From NCBI GenBank assembly GCA_964016885.1, contig OZ024747.1, positions 54,622,001 to 54,686,000 on the forward strand: a stretch of 64,000 bases of DNA, written 5' to 3'. Below are positions 1-12,285 of the stretch, piece by piece (within the stretch, counting starts at the first letter, position 1; each line of letters starts with the position of its first letter). This stretch comes from Eledone cirrhosa. Its lineage: Eukaryota. Under the pieces are notes generated by a model. It was not told the origin of the DNA, made no database searches, and was given only the letters and a program-made list of their open reading frames with translations. Position numbers and translations under genes: made by a program.

Positions 1-470
1 ACTACCACTACCACTGCCACCACCGCCACCACAACCACCACCACAACCACCACAACACCACCACCACCACCACCACAATTACCACCACACCACCAACACC
101 ACCACCATAACCACCACAACCACCACAACCACCACCACCACAACCACCAACAACACCACCACCACCACAACCACCACAACACCACCTACACCACCACCGC
201 CACCACAACCATCGCAACACCACCACCACCACTGCCAAACCGCCACCACGACCACCACAACACCACCTACACCACCACCGCCACCACAACCACCAAGAAC
301 ACCACCACCACCACCACTGCCAAACCGCCACCACAACCACCACAACACCACCTACACCACCACCGCCACCACAACCATCGCAACACCGCCACCACCACCA
401 CCACCAACACCACCACAACCGCCACCAACACTACCACCACAACCACTACAACACCACCAACTCCACCACC
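1..470. repeat. (CAC/CAA)-rich cryptic microsatellite
   Basis: Near-continuous ACC/ACA triplets with internal duplications; overlapping ORFs are low-complexity artefacts. Confidence 0.9.
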
Positions 471-769
471 GACAGTATATATTACCACACCTTCGCTTAA
501 ACACATTAAAATAAAATCTGCCTCTCTTTTTCAACTGCACCTCCTTCTTAATCTCTCCTCCTTCTCTTCCTCCTCAATTTTCTTGAAATTTTCCTCCTCC
601 TGTCACTTCAAAATCCTTCCTCACACCACACCCCATCCCTGCCACCCTCCTGCACTCCTGTCTCTTCCTCCTCCTCCCTAGAATTCCAACCAATCATTGA
701 TGCCGCCTTTCTACTCCAATGTAAATTTTAAAATTTAAGATTTCTCTCCAAACACGCCTCGTTATTACA

Positions 770-1464
770 CACACAAGCATGCATACACACACACACGTAT
801 ATATATATATATAAATATACATATATTTATATGTATATATATTCAGAGAGAGAGAGAGAGAGAGAGGGGGGAGATACTTGTGTACACATAGACACATAGA
901 TACCGGTACACACACACACACACATACACACACAAACAAACACACACGCAAACAAATACACATAAACACACACATATTATATATATATGTTGATAGATAG
1001 AGAGACACATACACGTATAGATTCTGACACACACACACACACACACCTAGATTCTGCTACACACATACACACACATACACACATATATGTATATACATAT
1101 ATAAACATACACTTAGAAACTGGTACACAGACGCATACATACACACATGCAGAAACACATACACAGATGTAGACATACACACGCACACATACAGACGCAT
1201 ACACCCAAATACAGACACGGACAGATATAGACACACAGATATATAGTCTGGAACACACACACGCAGCCATATGGCCATATGTATGTAGACACATATAAAC
1301 ACATACATATGCATGTTCTGATACACACACGGAAACACATACAAACGCTACTAATACACACATATAGACACAAACACACGCACACACTCATACACATACA
1401 TACAGATACAAAGACACTGAAACATAGTCAAAACTTTTGTTATTTACACATGTACACACACACA

Positions 1465-1527
<63 letters not shown>

Positions 1528-2803
1528 ACACACACACACACACACTCATAAACACACCGATACGCGGAAACGCATACAAAGAAAAACACTCACAAATATA
1601 GTCACTCATTTACATACACTTACACGTACACACGAACGCACACACTGACACAAACACACACACACACACACATACACACACATACACCCACACATACACA
1701 CACACTGATACACTTATACAAAGGTACACAAACATATACATATTTATTTACATACACATACACGCACACATACACATACACTGATACACACACACATACA
1801 CACACCGATTCACACACAGATACAGACACTGACACAAACGCATACGGACAGTGTGTATGCATCTGTTTATTTATGTGTGTGTATGTGTGTATGCATATCT
1901 ATTTATCTATATATGTATGGTACATACACACACCATGTTACACACACACACATAGATACGCTCATTTGCATACACATACACGCTCACAGAGAAACATACA
2001 CTTATACACACACATACAGACACTGACATACACATTCATCACTAATAGTCATTTACATATACACACACACACAAACAGACATATATACATAAACACAGAG
2101 ATAGACGGAAACACACATACAAAGACAAGCATATATATATATACGCACATTTACGCACACATACATGCACACACAAATACACACAGAAATACACACATAC
2201 AATTACTATTATATTTATACACAGATACATACAAATACTGACAAACACACTGAAAGTTATGAACACTCACACACTGACTAATATACACACATATATACGC
2301 ACACACGAACATACACAAACACATAAGCGCATACACATATACACTCAGGAACGCACATACACACAATAAAATTATTTAAAAACTCACATATATTCATACC
2401 CACACACATACACAGACTCTCACGTAAAGATATACATACACATACACATACAGGCACACACATAAGCACATAGATACGATGGCTCTCGCACAAACACATG
2501 CACGTTCACAGGAACTCGCGCTTACACACGCACCCATATACATGCACACATACACTCATGTACATATACATACATTTAAAAAAAAGTACACACACACACA
2601 CACACACACATATAGAATCAGAAACACACTTAATATTTCACTAATATATACAGACACACAAATAAGCATACACACGCTCACTTGTGGTTACACATACACA
2701 TTTACATACACAACTATTTAATAAGAGACTCTCGTATACACACACTCTCTCTCATGGAAAGGCACACATTCACATACATACATACATACAAATATATTTA
2801 CAT

Positions 2804-2898
<95 letters not shown>

Positions 2899-3090
2899 CA
2901 GGCACTCATATGCGTACATACATATATGAATAATCAGACACACACACGCACAAGCACACACACGCACACATGATTCTTACTAACACTCACACCCTCATTT
3001 TACACACTCACACACTGACATACACAATGATACGCAGTCACATACACACGCATACACATAAGAACTGACATACACTGTCACATATTCATA

Positions 3091-3133
<43 letters not shown>

Positions 3134-3410
3134 GTCTGTTCTATCAGCACACACGCACATATATATTCTCATACACACATATTCCACACCAACAAATACA
3201 CTTACAATATAACATACACACGCACAAATTTACAGAAATATACACACGAACACACATACTTAAACAATGATACAATGTCACACAGACATGTTCACATGCA
3301 CACAGATATACAAAGACACACGCCGATACTAACATAAACACACTAACACATACTGAGACAAATACACAAACATACAAACTCTCAGACACACGCATACACA
3401 AACATATATA
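770..3410. repeat. Degenerate (CA)n/(TA)n microsatellite field
   Basis: Long imperfect CA/TA dinucleotide runs with pure (CA)n near 1455-1545 and 2810-2870. Confidence 0.9.
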
Positions 3411-3504
3411 AATCAAGAATGCGTTGTCCTCACGTGCTAGATATAGCAACTAAATCTCTTTCAAATCCCACCCTGCCATATAAATTTACATAATAGGAAA
3501 CACG

Positions 3505-3756
3505 CAGGGCCGGATTTAGACCTGCGAGTCCTCGGGGCACTTCAGGTTGTTTTTTTTTTGTTTTTTTGCAGGGTGGGGCTCAAGTATAAAAAGATTAGAA
3601 TACACAGCAAGCTCCCAATAGGAATTGAAACGTTATAAATGCAGGTATTAAATTCTAACTATTCTAAAACTAGAAACTAGAACAGCCGTCGTAGGGACCT
3701 CTCACTGCAAAGTTCAGGGGCAATTGCCCCTTTTGCCCCCATTTAATCCGGTCTTG
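3505..3756. mobile_element. MITE-like non-autonomous DNA element (~250 bp)
   Basis: Terminal inverted repeats CAGGGCCGGATTTA ... TTAATCCGGTCTTG; no coding capacity; no clear TSD. Confidence 0.55.
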
Positions 3757-3851
3757 GGCTCGTCTCTGACCATGGGTTAACCTCCTCACCAAAGATATAA
3801 ACACACACACGCATAGATACATATATACATACCCCCCCCCCACACACACAC

Positions 3852-3894
<43 letters not shown>

Positions 3895-3952
3895 TATATG
3901 TATTATTCAAAATATTAATAAATGAAAAATATTCTCATAACCAAAATATATA

Positions 3953-4011
3953 TTTTATTATACATATTTCAAAGGTAAAATGGTGTTTAAGTACGTTTTC
4001 ATCAGATAAAA
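3953..4011 (-). ncRNA. Minimal type I hammerhead ribozyme
   Basis: Minus strand: TTTTAT-CTGATGA-AAACGTAc...tTACCTTT-GAAA-TATGTAT-A-ATAAAA; stem I TTTTAT/ATAAAA, AUA cleavage triplet; same family as 61992-62044. Confidence 0.7.
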
Positions 4012-4311
4012 GAGAGATTGTATATGCGATATACCGCTACGGTTTTGATTATTCAATTCCAATAGTGGAATGTATGTATATATACATAATGTACGTATAT
4101 ATACATAAATATATATTCAATACAAACTATGAATGAAGGTGCATAACTTTTCAAATAATATTTTCTAGAGCAAATTACTCTGATATGTCTATTTCTATAA
4201 ATAATAGGTTAGTAAAAACCGTAAAATAACTAGTTATCTACCCATTGACTGTGGTTAGAATTAATTTCTGACTCTGGGATTCTTACTATATACATATAAT
4301 GTGTGTGTGTA

Positions 4312-4351
<40 letters not shown>

Positions 4352-5582
4352 TGTGTTTGTATGTGTGTGTGTGTGTATGTGTGTGTGTGTGTATGTGCGT
4401 ATATATGTGTGTGTGTGTGTATCGATGCCTGTAGCAATTTCGAACATTTTTTTTAGCGAGCTCGAAAGGAAGTCAGGTAAAGGTGACCTCGGTGGGATTT
4501 GAACGCGTAACGCAGAGATCCAGAATGAATAGCGCAAATAATTCTATTCGATTTTCTAACGATTAAGCCAATTCGTCTCCGTCATCATATATACATGCGG
4601 CAACTCGGTTCAGTCTGCGACTAATCAAGGCTCTGCTGCGTTTCGGACTGAGGAGGGTAAACTCTTCAAATATCGTTCACTTTCCGACTGGTTTGCGATT
4701 GAGCCCGTAAAAGTGGACACCAATGGTGTCCTTGGCCTTAGGACCAGGTCTCTACACCCCACAATCGGCACGGAGTTGGCTATACGCAGGTGTGAACCTC
4801 ACGAGCTGGCATGGCTCTTCTAACGTGTCTACCCCCTCTATCATGTCTCCCAGGGCATCGGGGCGGCCAGCACGTGAACCCCATTAGCTTATGATAGTGA
4901 AAGAGGGAAACAACGAGAGAGAGACGGGGGCAGGAAGTGAAAGAGAGAGAACATCAACACATATTTATTTGTATTTACCTGTATTGTCATATTTACATGC
5001 ATATGTCATAAAAGATGATTCATACCACCAACACCCCTAGAACAAAGCAAAGCTACTCAGGACTTGAAGCAAATGTAGTCCGTAAAGGCCTGACTCCCCA
5101 GACCTAATCTCTCTATATATATGGAATCAGTTTTGAGCGGTAAGTATTCCAGTTTTAAGATCAATGGATCAACTAGCTCACGAAATTGACGTGTGATTTA
5201 GCAATCTACAGACACGTGTACCCTTAAAGTAATTCTCAGGGAGATCCAGCGTGACAGGTACACTACATCCATCGGGCTGCCAAAAAGTTTCTATCTCCAC
5301 GTTTTTATCTCACAAGATTTAGCTTAATTCTAAGGTTATGACTGGAGCATCGAGAAATGTTTATGTAACCACATTGTTTTTTATATGAAAGCATATAAAC
5401 ATGGCTTATGTACCTCTACTGGGGTTGAAAAAGATGAACAACTGGACTCAAGTTTGGATCTTTATAGAGATTTCCATCAGAGGATATCTATATCCTTCTA
5501 GCTTCACAAATAAATATGCATTTATCCACCCACCCATACTTTCATTACACCAATCTCCATCTATCTATCTGTCTATCTATCT

Positions 5583-6084
5583 GGCGGTGTTTCTGTGCGT
5601 AATAGCCATGGCGAAAGAGGTTGTATGGTGGACGCGTCTGAAAGGACTGAGGTCGGGCACCTTTCTCTCTGGCCAACAACTGGTCCGTTTCTTCCGATAT
5701 CATTTCGGAAGAAGGATCAGGATGGAGAGAGAGGTGCTGCACCCCAGCCGTTTCTATGAAAGATGGGTGAAAGTGGCGAGAATGGCCCGTGTGAATGGGC
5801 CTTCACTCTACATCAGACTATAGGTGAGGAAGATGAAAGACCAAGGGAGCACCCCTTCTCTGTGCTCCTGAGGAGAAGGGTTGCACACTTTTTCCGGGGG
5901 TGTGTGCGACCCCCCAAGGCGCCTCCTCTCTATTGAGGATTTTGTTAAAAATTTTATTTTTTGTTATATCTTATTTTATTTTTATATTTTGTTATTGCCT
6001 CCTCCTTATTGAGGACGCCTTTTTGTGTAAACTCCCCCCTTTGTACTTGTCCCACTTTTGATGCCCTAGTGGCAAATAAAAGAA
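5583..6084 (+). mobile_element. 5'-truncated Tx1/L1-clade LINE 3' end in (TATC)n
   Basis: Peptide AVFLCVIAMAKEVVWWTRLKGL...ERWVKVARMARVNGPSL matches the ORF2 C-terminus at 50390-50630; ends AATAAAAGAA; (TATC)n on both sides. Confidence 0.9.
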
Positions 6085-6098
6085 ATCTATCTATCTAT

Positions 6099-6455
6099 TT
6101 AGGTACCACTTTAGAAGAAGAATCAGGGTGGAGAGAGAGGCATTGCACCCCAGTAAATTTACTGAAAGGTGTGTGAATGAAGCGAAAATGGCCCGAGTGA
6201 TTCGGCCTTCTCTGTTTATAAGCCTGTAGGTTGAAGAAGAGAGCAAAAGGAAGGACTTGCACAACACGCTCCTGAAGTTCAGGGTTGTTCTATCGACGGG
6301 GTATTAAACAACCTATTTGTGGCGCCTCCCCCCTATTGGGTATTTCGATTGTTGTAATTGTTTGTTTTTATATTTTTTACACGACTGTATGTAAAATCCC
6401 CGGCATGTCTTTGTATTGTCCCCTTTTCTTGTGCGCCCTTGTGGCTAATAAATAA
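6099..6455 (+). mobile_element. Second, more diverged 5'-truncated Tx1 3' end in (TATC)n
   Basis: Reads RYHFRRRIRVEREALHPSKFTER...MARVIRPSL; 3' end CCCTTGTGGCTAATAAATAA followed by (TATC)n; (TATC)3 at the 5' junction. Confidence 0.85.
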
Positions 6456-6487
<32 letters not shown>

Positions 6488-6810
6488 GTCTGTCTATCAT
6501 CTATCTATGTGTTCCTGAACTCATCTGTGTGTATGAATGTACGTTATTTGTATTTGTGTGCGTATGTATGAGTGTTATTATGTGAAACAAATACGCACAT
6601 ACATTTATATATATATACATATACGCGTGATATTGGTCGACACGGGATTATGTACTCAATACCAAAGCGAAATCTAACGATACATTTTATTGTGGCTCGC
6701 GAGGTAATTTGTTACTGTGGAGTTATTACTTGTGTAATAACAGGGCCATCAGACGTTTGAGAATATCTGATTACACACACATCTTTGTATTTATATATAT
6801 ATATATATGT

Positions 6811-7004
6811 ATAGGAACGAGTAGGACCCCGACGGCTGAGCTCAAGCCGTTTCGACGGCTAATTCGCGTCCAGAATTAGCCGTCGAAACGGCTTGAGCTC
6901 AGGCGTCGGAGTCCTACTCGTTCCTATTACCCACTCTACTACCCTGAGTATTGAGTACTTTGGTGTGTTATGGTCCATCTGGTTCCTTACCACATTTCCT
7001 TGGT
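6811..7004 (+). mobile_element. Fold-back short element family A, copy 1, in (TA)n
   Basis: ~55-bp inverted arms 6811-6865/6873-6927 plus unique tail; homologous to 20445-20646 and 60532-60727; TA runs on both flanks. Strand is arbitrary, taken from the tail side. Confidence 0.8.
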
Positions 7005-7035
<31 letters not shown>

Positions 7036-7226
7036 GTTTGTTGGTTCACCACTGGATAGTACTGGTCATTCCGTATAGTCAACCTCGATGTAATATTAGG
7101 GAGAGCACTCGACGTAATGCAACTCACCCGTCTTCGTTTTTGTTGTTGGTGGTGCGATACGGAGTTAATTATTATAAAATAACAGGAGGCAGGACTGGTG
7201 TAATTCCTTAAAAGGTTTATTATACT

Positions 7227-7284
7227 ATACTATGATAATTTCAGTGACCGGATTCAGTATGAATCCGGTGACATCATCAGGTAT
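7227..7284 (-). ncRNA. Minimal type I hammerhead ribozyme
   Basis: Minus: ATAC-CTGATGA-tgtcACCGGATTCAtacTGAATCCGGTcact-GAAA-TTATCAT-A-GTAT; stem I ATAC/GTAT, 10-bp perfect core of stem II, imperfect stem II base. Confidence 0.65.
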
Positions 7285-7637
7285 TCGAAATTTAACAAAG
7301 GAATATAATAGACAAAATCGATGGGGCTGAAAAGCAGAGCCAGGAAGGCGGCCGAACATTTAGCAGCTTCTATATTAAAAACCGTATATCATACACAAAA
7401 TGCCAGCGTCAACAGTTTTCTAAGAGGAGGCACTATGAATGGACCTCATTTTTGTCTAAATTTTTTATCCGATTCTGCCGTGCCCGTCCCCTCAATCTTT
7501 CTAATTTTTCATTCTTTCCTCTGATGAAGGAATAGCGTCCGAAACATTAACACACTATGCCTATTATTTCAAGCGTTAAAGTAATATATACCTTCCGTTT
7601 GTTTTGTTATATCTGTTTACTTTTTACATACATTAGT

Positions 7638-7776
<139 letters not shown>

Positions 7777-7895
7777 CACACACACATATATATATGTATA
7801 TATGTATATATATATATGCACATATACACTTACATGAATATATATCATATGTATATATATATACATAGAAATATATATGTATATATATATATTTA

Positions 7896-7985
<90 letters not shown>

Positions 7986-8037
7986 CATATATATATAGTA
8001 ATAATAATAAAATTGAAGACTAAAATCCATAGAGGGC

Positions 8038-8083
<46 letters not shown>

Positions 8084-8090
<7 letters not shown>

Positions 8091-8898
8091 ATACTTTGGG
8101 AGGGTCATGTTGCCAATAAGAAACACACGCACCAGTTGCTTTCACTTCAATTTAATTTATTATATATTTATAAATTTACAAGTTTATAAATTTCTGGTTG
8201 GTTGGTTGGTTCCACAACCAGATAGTTGTTTATATATATATAGCCATAGTTCTTTCGTCACACACTCTGTGACCTCTTCAGTGACTGGGGATTTCTTTCT
8301 TCGTTTCTGTGCCTTTCCTTTCTTCTATCCTACGCCATTTTGTTTGTGTGTGGGTTGCGTGCTCAGTTTGCGCATGCGCCACATCCGGGTGTCTGTGTGT
8401 GTTTGTGTTCATTTTTCTATTTTTCTATTTATATTTTTCTATTTGTTTATTTATTTATTTATTTATTGTTGGTTGGTTGTTTGTTCTATGTGTGTGTGTG
8501 TTTTCATTTTGTCTTGTGTGTGTTTTCATTTTGTCTTGTGTGTGTTTTCATTTTGTGTGTGTTTTCAATTGTAAGTTGTTTGTTCTATGTGTGTGTGTGT
8601 TTTCATTTTGTCCTTAATTGTAAGTTGTGATGTTGCTGTTCCACTCATATTTTCTATTTAATTTTGGTTTTAATTCTTTTATGCTTACTGCCTCTGTAAT
8701 TTGCCTAATCATTGCGTCTTTCTTGTGTGTGGAACCAACCAACCAACCAGAAATTTATAAACTTGTAAATTTATAAATATATAATAAATTAAATTGAAGT
8801 GAAAGCAACTGGTGCGTGTGTTTCTTATTGGCAACATGACCCTCCCAAAGTATAACAATATCGGTTTCAACACACGATTTCAGATAAAGAATCTTGCT
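8084..8898 (-). mobile_element. 5'-truncated Penelope-like element with inverted partial pseudo-LTR
   Basis: Minus strand ~8725-8614 reads RKDAMIRQITEAVSIKELKPKLNRKYEWNSNITTYN* (GIY-YIG C-terminus), then 3' region with a hammerhead; ~133-bp inverted repeat 8084-8216/8727-8860; (TA)n on both flanks. Confidence 0.85.
8242..8286 (-). ncRNA. Minimal type I hammerhead ribozyme in Penelope pLTR
   Basis: Minus: AGTCA-CTGAAGA-G-GTCACAgagtgTGTGAC-GAAA-GAACT-A-TGGCT; stem I AGTCA/TGGCT, 6-bp stem II, CUA triplet. Confidence 0.75.
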
Positions 8899-8915
8899 AA
8901 ACAAATTCAGAAACG

Positions 8916-9076
<161 letters not shown>

Positions 9077-9082
9077 CACACA

Positions 9083-9251
<169 letters not shown>

Positions 9252-9616
9252 GATTGTGTGTGTGTGTGTGTGTGCGTGTATGATGGGTTTATGCACATAC
9301 ATACTTTTTGTAAGTTTGTGAGTGTAACAGTTAAATACGCATGGAACAACGGACATACATCTAATAAAATAGAGACGAACACACTAACACACAAATATAT
9401 AGGTCTATATATACTGTATATATATATACATATACACCCACGTTGACGCTGGTGTGGTTATTCAATGTTATAGCGTCATAGTTAAACAATGCATGTTTAT
9501 CTCCCTTGTGACATGCTGGTAGTAGCATAGTTTAGCTGTGTTTACATGTATAGTTAAAAATGTATCGCTTTTTTTAGTAGTTGTGTATTGACAGTGGTTA
9601 CAAATATAATATAATT

Positions 9617-9775
9617 GATTCTACTTTTGGCACAAGGCCAGCAATTATCCCAGTGCATTACAGGTACTTCGTTTCATCGACCCCGTAATGATGAAAGGCA
9701 AAGTTAACCTCGGCGGGATTCGAACTCAAACCATAAAGGACCCTAACTCCATGCTGCAAAGCATGGCGCCCGATA
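9617..9775 (-). mobile_element. tRNA-derived SINE family 1 copy
   Basis: Shared body GAGTTCGAATCCCGCCGAGGTTAACTTTGCCTTTCATC...GGGGTCGA...GGCCTTGTGCC with B-box-like GTTC(G/A)AATCC; about 17 copies or fragments in the window. Confidence 0.85.
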
Positions 9776-9777
9776 TG

Positions 9778-9838
<61 letters not shown>

Positions 9839-9853
9839 TTAATATAGAAAAGC

Positions 9854-9898
9854 TTCTACAGCACTAGAACTGTTTCATTCGTGAGAAATCATCAGGAA
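9854..9898 (-). ncRNA. Hammerhead ribozyme motif as an isolated ~65-bp insert in (TA)n
   Basis: Minus: TTC-CTGATGA-tTTCtcacGAAt-GAAA-CAGttctagtgCTGT-A-GAA; short stems I and II, 4-bp stem III, GUA triplet. Confidence 0.55.
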
Positions 9899-9901
9899 TA
9901 A

Positions 9902-9972
<71 letters not shown>

Positions 9973-10103
9973 GTGAGGTTTTTTTTACAAAATGAAAAAT
10001 AACCGAGGTGTCCTACACGAGTGGAAGTATAAAGAAAAAGGGATGAAATCGAAAATGCAACTAAAGTCTTATTTTTTAAAAAAATATATATATTTATTTG
10101 GTT

Positions 10104-10141
10104 CCTTTACCGGTTTCGCAGTTCTTCTGCTTTTCAAAAGG
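10104..10141 (-). ncRNA. Hammerhead ribozyme, U3-A8 variant (mirror copy)
   Basis: Exact reverse complement of 10230-10267. Confidence 0.75.
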
Positions 10142-10229
10142 TGAGTTGAGATGGAGGGTCTGTGGTTTTTCTCACATCTGAGAAAAACCACAGATGTGAG
10201 AAAAACCACAGACCCTCCATCTCAACTCA

Positions 10230-10267
10230 CCTTTTGAAAAGCAGAAGAACTGCGAAACCGGTAAAGG
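10230..10267 (+). ncRNA. Hammerhead ribozyme, U3-A8 core variant
   Basis: CCTT-TTGAAAA-GCAGaagaaCTGC-GAAA-CCGGT-A-AAGG; stem I CCTT/AAGG, palindromic stem III ACCGGT, GUA triplet. Confidence 0.75.
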
Positions 10268-10336
10268 AACCAAATAAATATATATATTTTTAAAAAAAAT
10301 AAGACTTCAGTTGCATTTTCGATTTCATCCCTTTGT

Positions 10337-10409
<73 letters not shown>

Positions 10410-10605
10410 ACATGGTCGGGTCGACGGCGACTAAACCGGCAACCCCACCAACTTTACTTGGTGAGGAGGCTGATTTTGGACACCCTGCAGGACAAAAAGC
10501 AAAACCTGACAAAGGCCGGAAGAACTCATAAGAGTCAACGGCCATCCAAAAGTGTGTAAATATGTATATGCACATGCGTATATATATATATATCTATATA
10601 TACAT

Positions 10606-10740
<135 letters not shown>

Positions 10741-10762
10741 CAATCATATATATATATTTATA

Positions 10763-10966
10763 TATTGAACGGATAACAAGGACGATTGATTACTCCTTGA
10801 TTTCATTTATTGGTAGGTGACACGCGTTTCGCCACTGATCAGCTCAAGGTTCGATCTGTATCGTTCTTACCCGACTTAATAACGCGCAGCTCAGTGGTGA
10901 AACGCGCGTCACCTACCAATAAATGTAATGAAGGAGTAACCAATCGTCCCTGTTATCCTGTCAATA
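10763..10966. mobile_element. Fold-back element with the 3' half of a Penelope-type hammerhead in each arm
   Basis: Inverted arms ~10763-10838/10890-10966; CAGTGGT-GAAA-CGCGCGTC-ACCTAC then AATAAA; no CUGANGA half. Confidence 0.7.
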
Positions 10967-11284
10967 CGGGGTCGATAAAATAAAGTACCAGTAATGAACT
11001 GGGTAATTGCTGGCCTTGTGCCTAAAGTAGAAACAAATATATTACACTCTGTATAGCTCTACACCTCAACACAGACGTGAACCTAAACATCGAGTGCTCA
11101 CCCGGGTGAACCTACAGTAACTCCAAGTTACACTCCCTAGATATATATTTATATATATATATATACACACATATATATATATATATAATATATACATATG
11201 CAGGGGGAGATATCGATAGATACATCGATTAACAGATTGATAGTTTAACAAACAGATAGGTAGACAGATATGTATACGTATACG

Positions 11285-11373
<89 letters not shown>

Positions 11374-12124
11374 AGTCTTGTCTTTAAAAGAATAATCATA
11401 AAAATAATAATTTGTATTACGCAAATAGCCTGCAGCAGATACTGAGGCTATATCTTCGCATCTATACATTCATAATTCACAAGGACACATCCAACATACG
11501 CCAACTTACAGGTGGAAACTCCTTTCATTTAAAAAAAGAATGTATTCTTATTAGTCATAACTGAAAATATATCTAATATATAATAGAATACTTGTTTAGT
11601 ATTTAGTATCCGAGTAAGACATTAAAACATTTTTTTTCTATTACTATAGATGAGCGAAAATAGGAAATGTTTGTTTCAAAAATTAGTAATACATTTTAAA
11701 ACTTTATTTTAGAACATATTCTCATCTCACCAGATGATTGAAAATGTTACATTTCAACACACCGTAATAAGACTTAAAGTTTAATTTAAATAACCTTGTT
11801 TTACGTATGTGTTTGTGTTAATGAATAAGATTTAAATTCTTGTTTTTAAAATGAGTGAAATAGACCTTCGAACGTGTATCATCCATAACTAACTAATTTA
11901 CCCTCCACCTCTGGGTCCCTGCCGAGAGGTTCGAGAATACAGTGCCCCGGAGGATGGCAAGGGTGATGCGTTGGAACTGCTACCCCACCTCGTGTGGCAC
12001 GTATTCATCTAAGGAGATAAAGCATTTAAACCACCCCACAAACACACACATAATCCCCTCTCGCGCATATACACATGTTTCAGTGAGATCTACTTCCATC
12101 GGCTCCGGCGGCGAGTTTTTAGCG

Positions 12125-12285
12125 GAAGTAACTGCCTGCTCAGGAAATTAACGAGCAAATACATGTTTATCCCGAATGTAATTGTCAGGGAGATACAGTG
12201 TAACAATGTATGTGACAAGGCAGGCTTTTTAAATCACAGGTACACATATTTTTTTTTATCCAGCTGACTGGATAGGAGCAGCATC
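12125..12285 (-). mobile_element. SINE family 2 fragment
   Basis: Similar to 5165-5260 and 52298-52558 (GCTCxxGAAATT...CAGGGAGAT.CAG.GT...CCAGCTGA.TGGA). Confidence 0.55.

Larger units (their letters stand above)
9967..10340. mobile_element. Fold-back Penelope-type pLTR fragment (150-bp arms) in (TA)n
   Basis: Near-perfect inverted arms 10031-10180/10191-10340, each carrying a hammerhead variant; TA runs on both flanks. Confidence 0.85.

Noticed and set aside
4595-4900. GC-richer segment with CTGAGGAGGGTAAACTC
   Set aside because: No GAAA core; may be a LINE 5' fragment but cannot be assigned.
7516-7550. CTGATGA-AGGA..TCC-GAAACATTA hammerhead-like core
   Set aside because: Core and stem II are present, but no stem I pairing and a broken stem III; at best a decayed motif.
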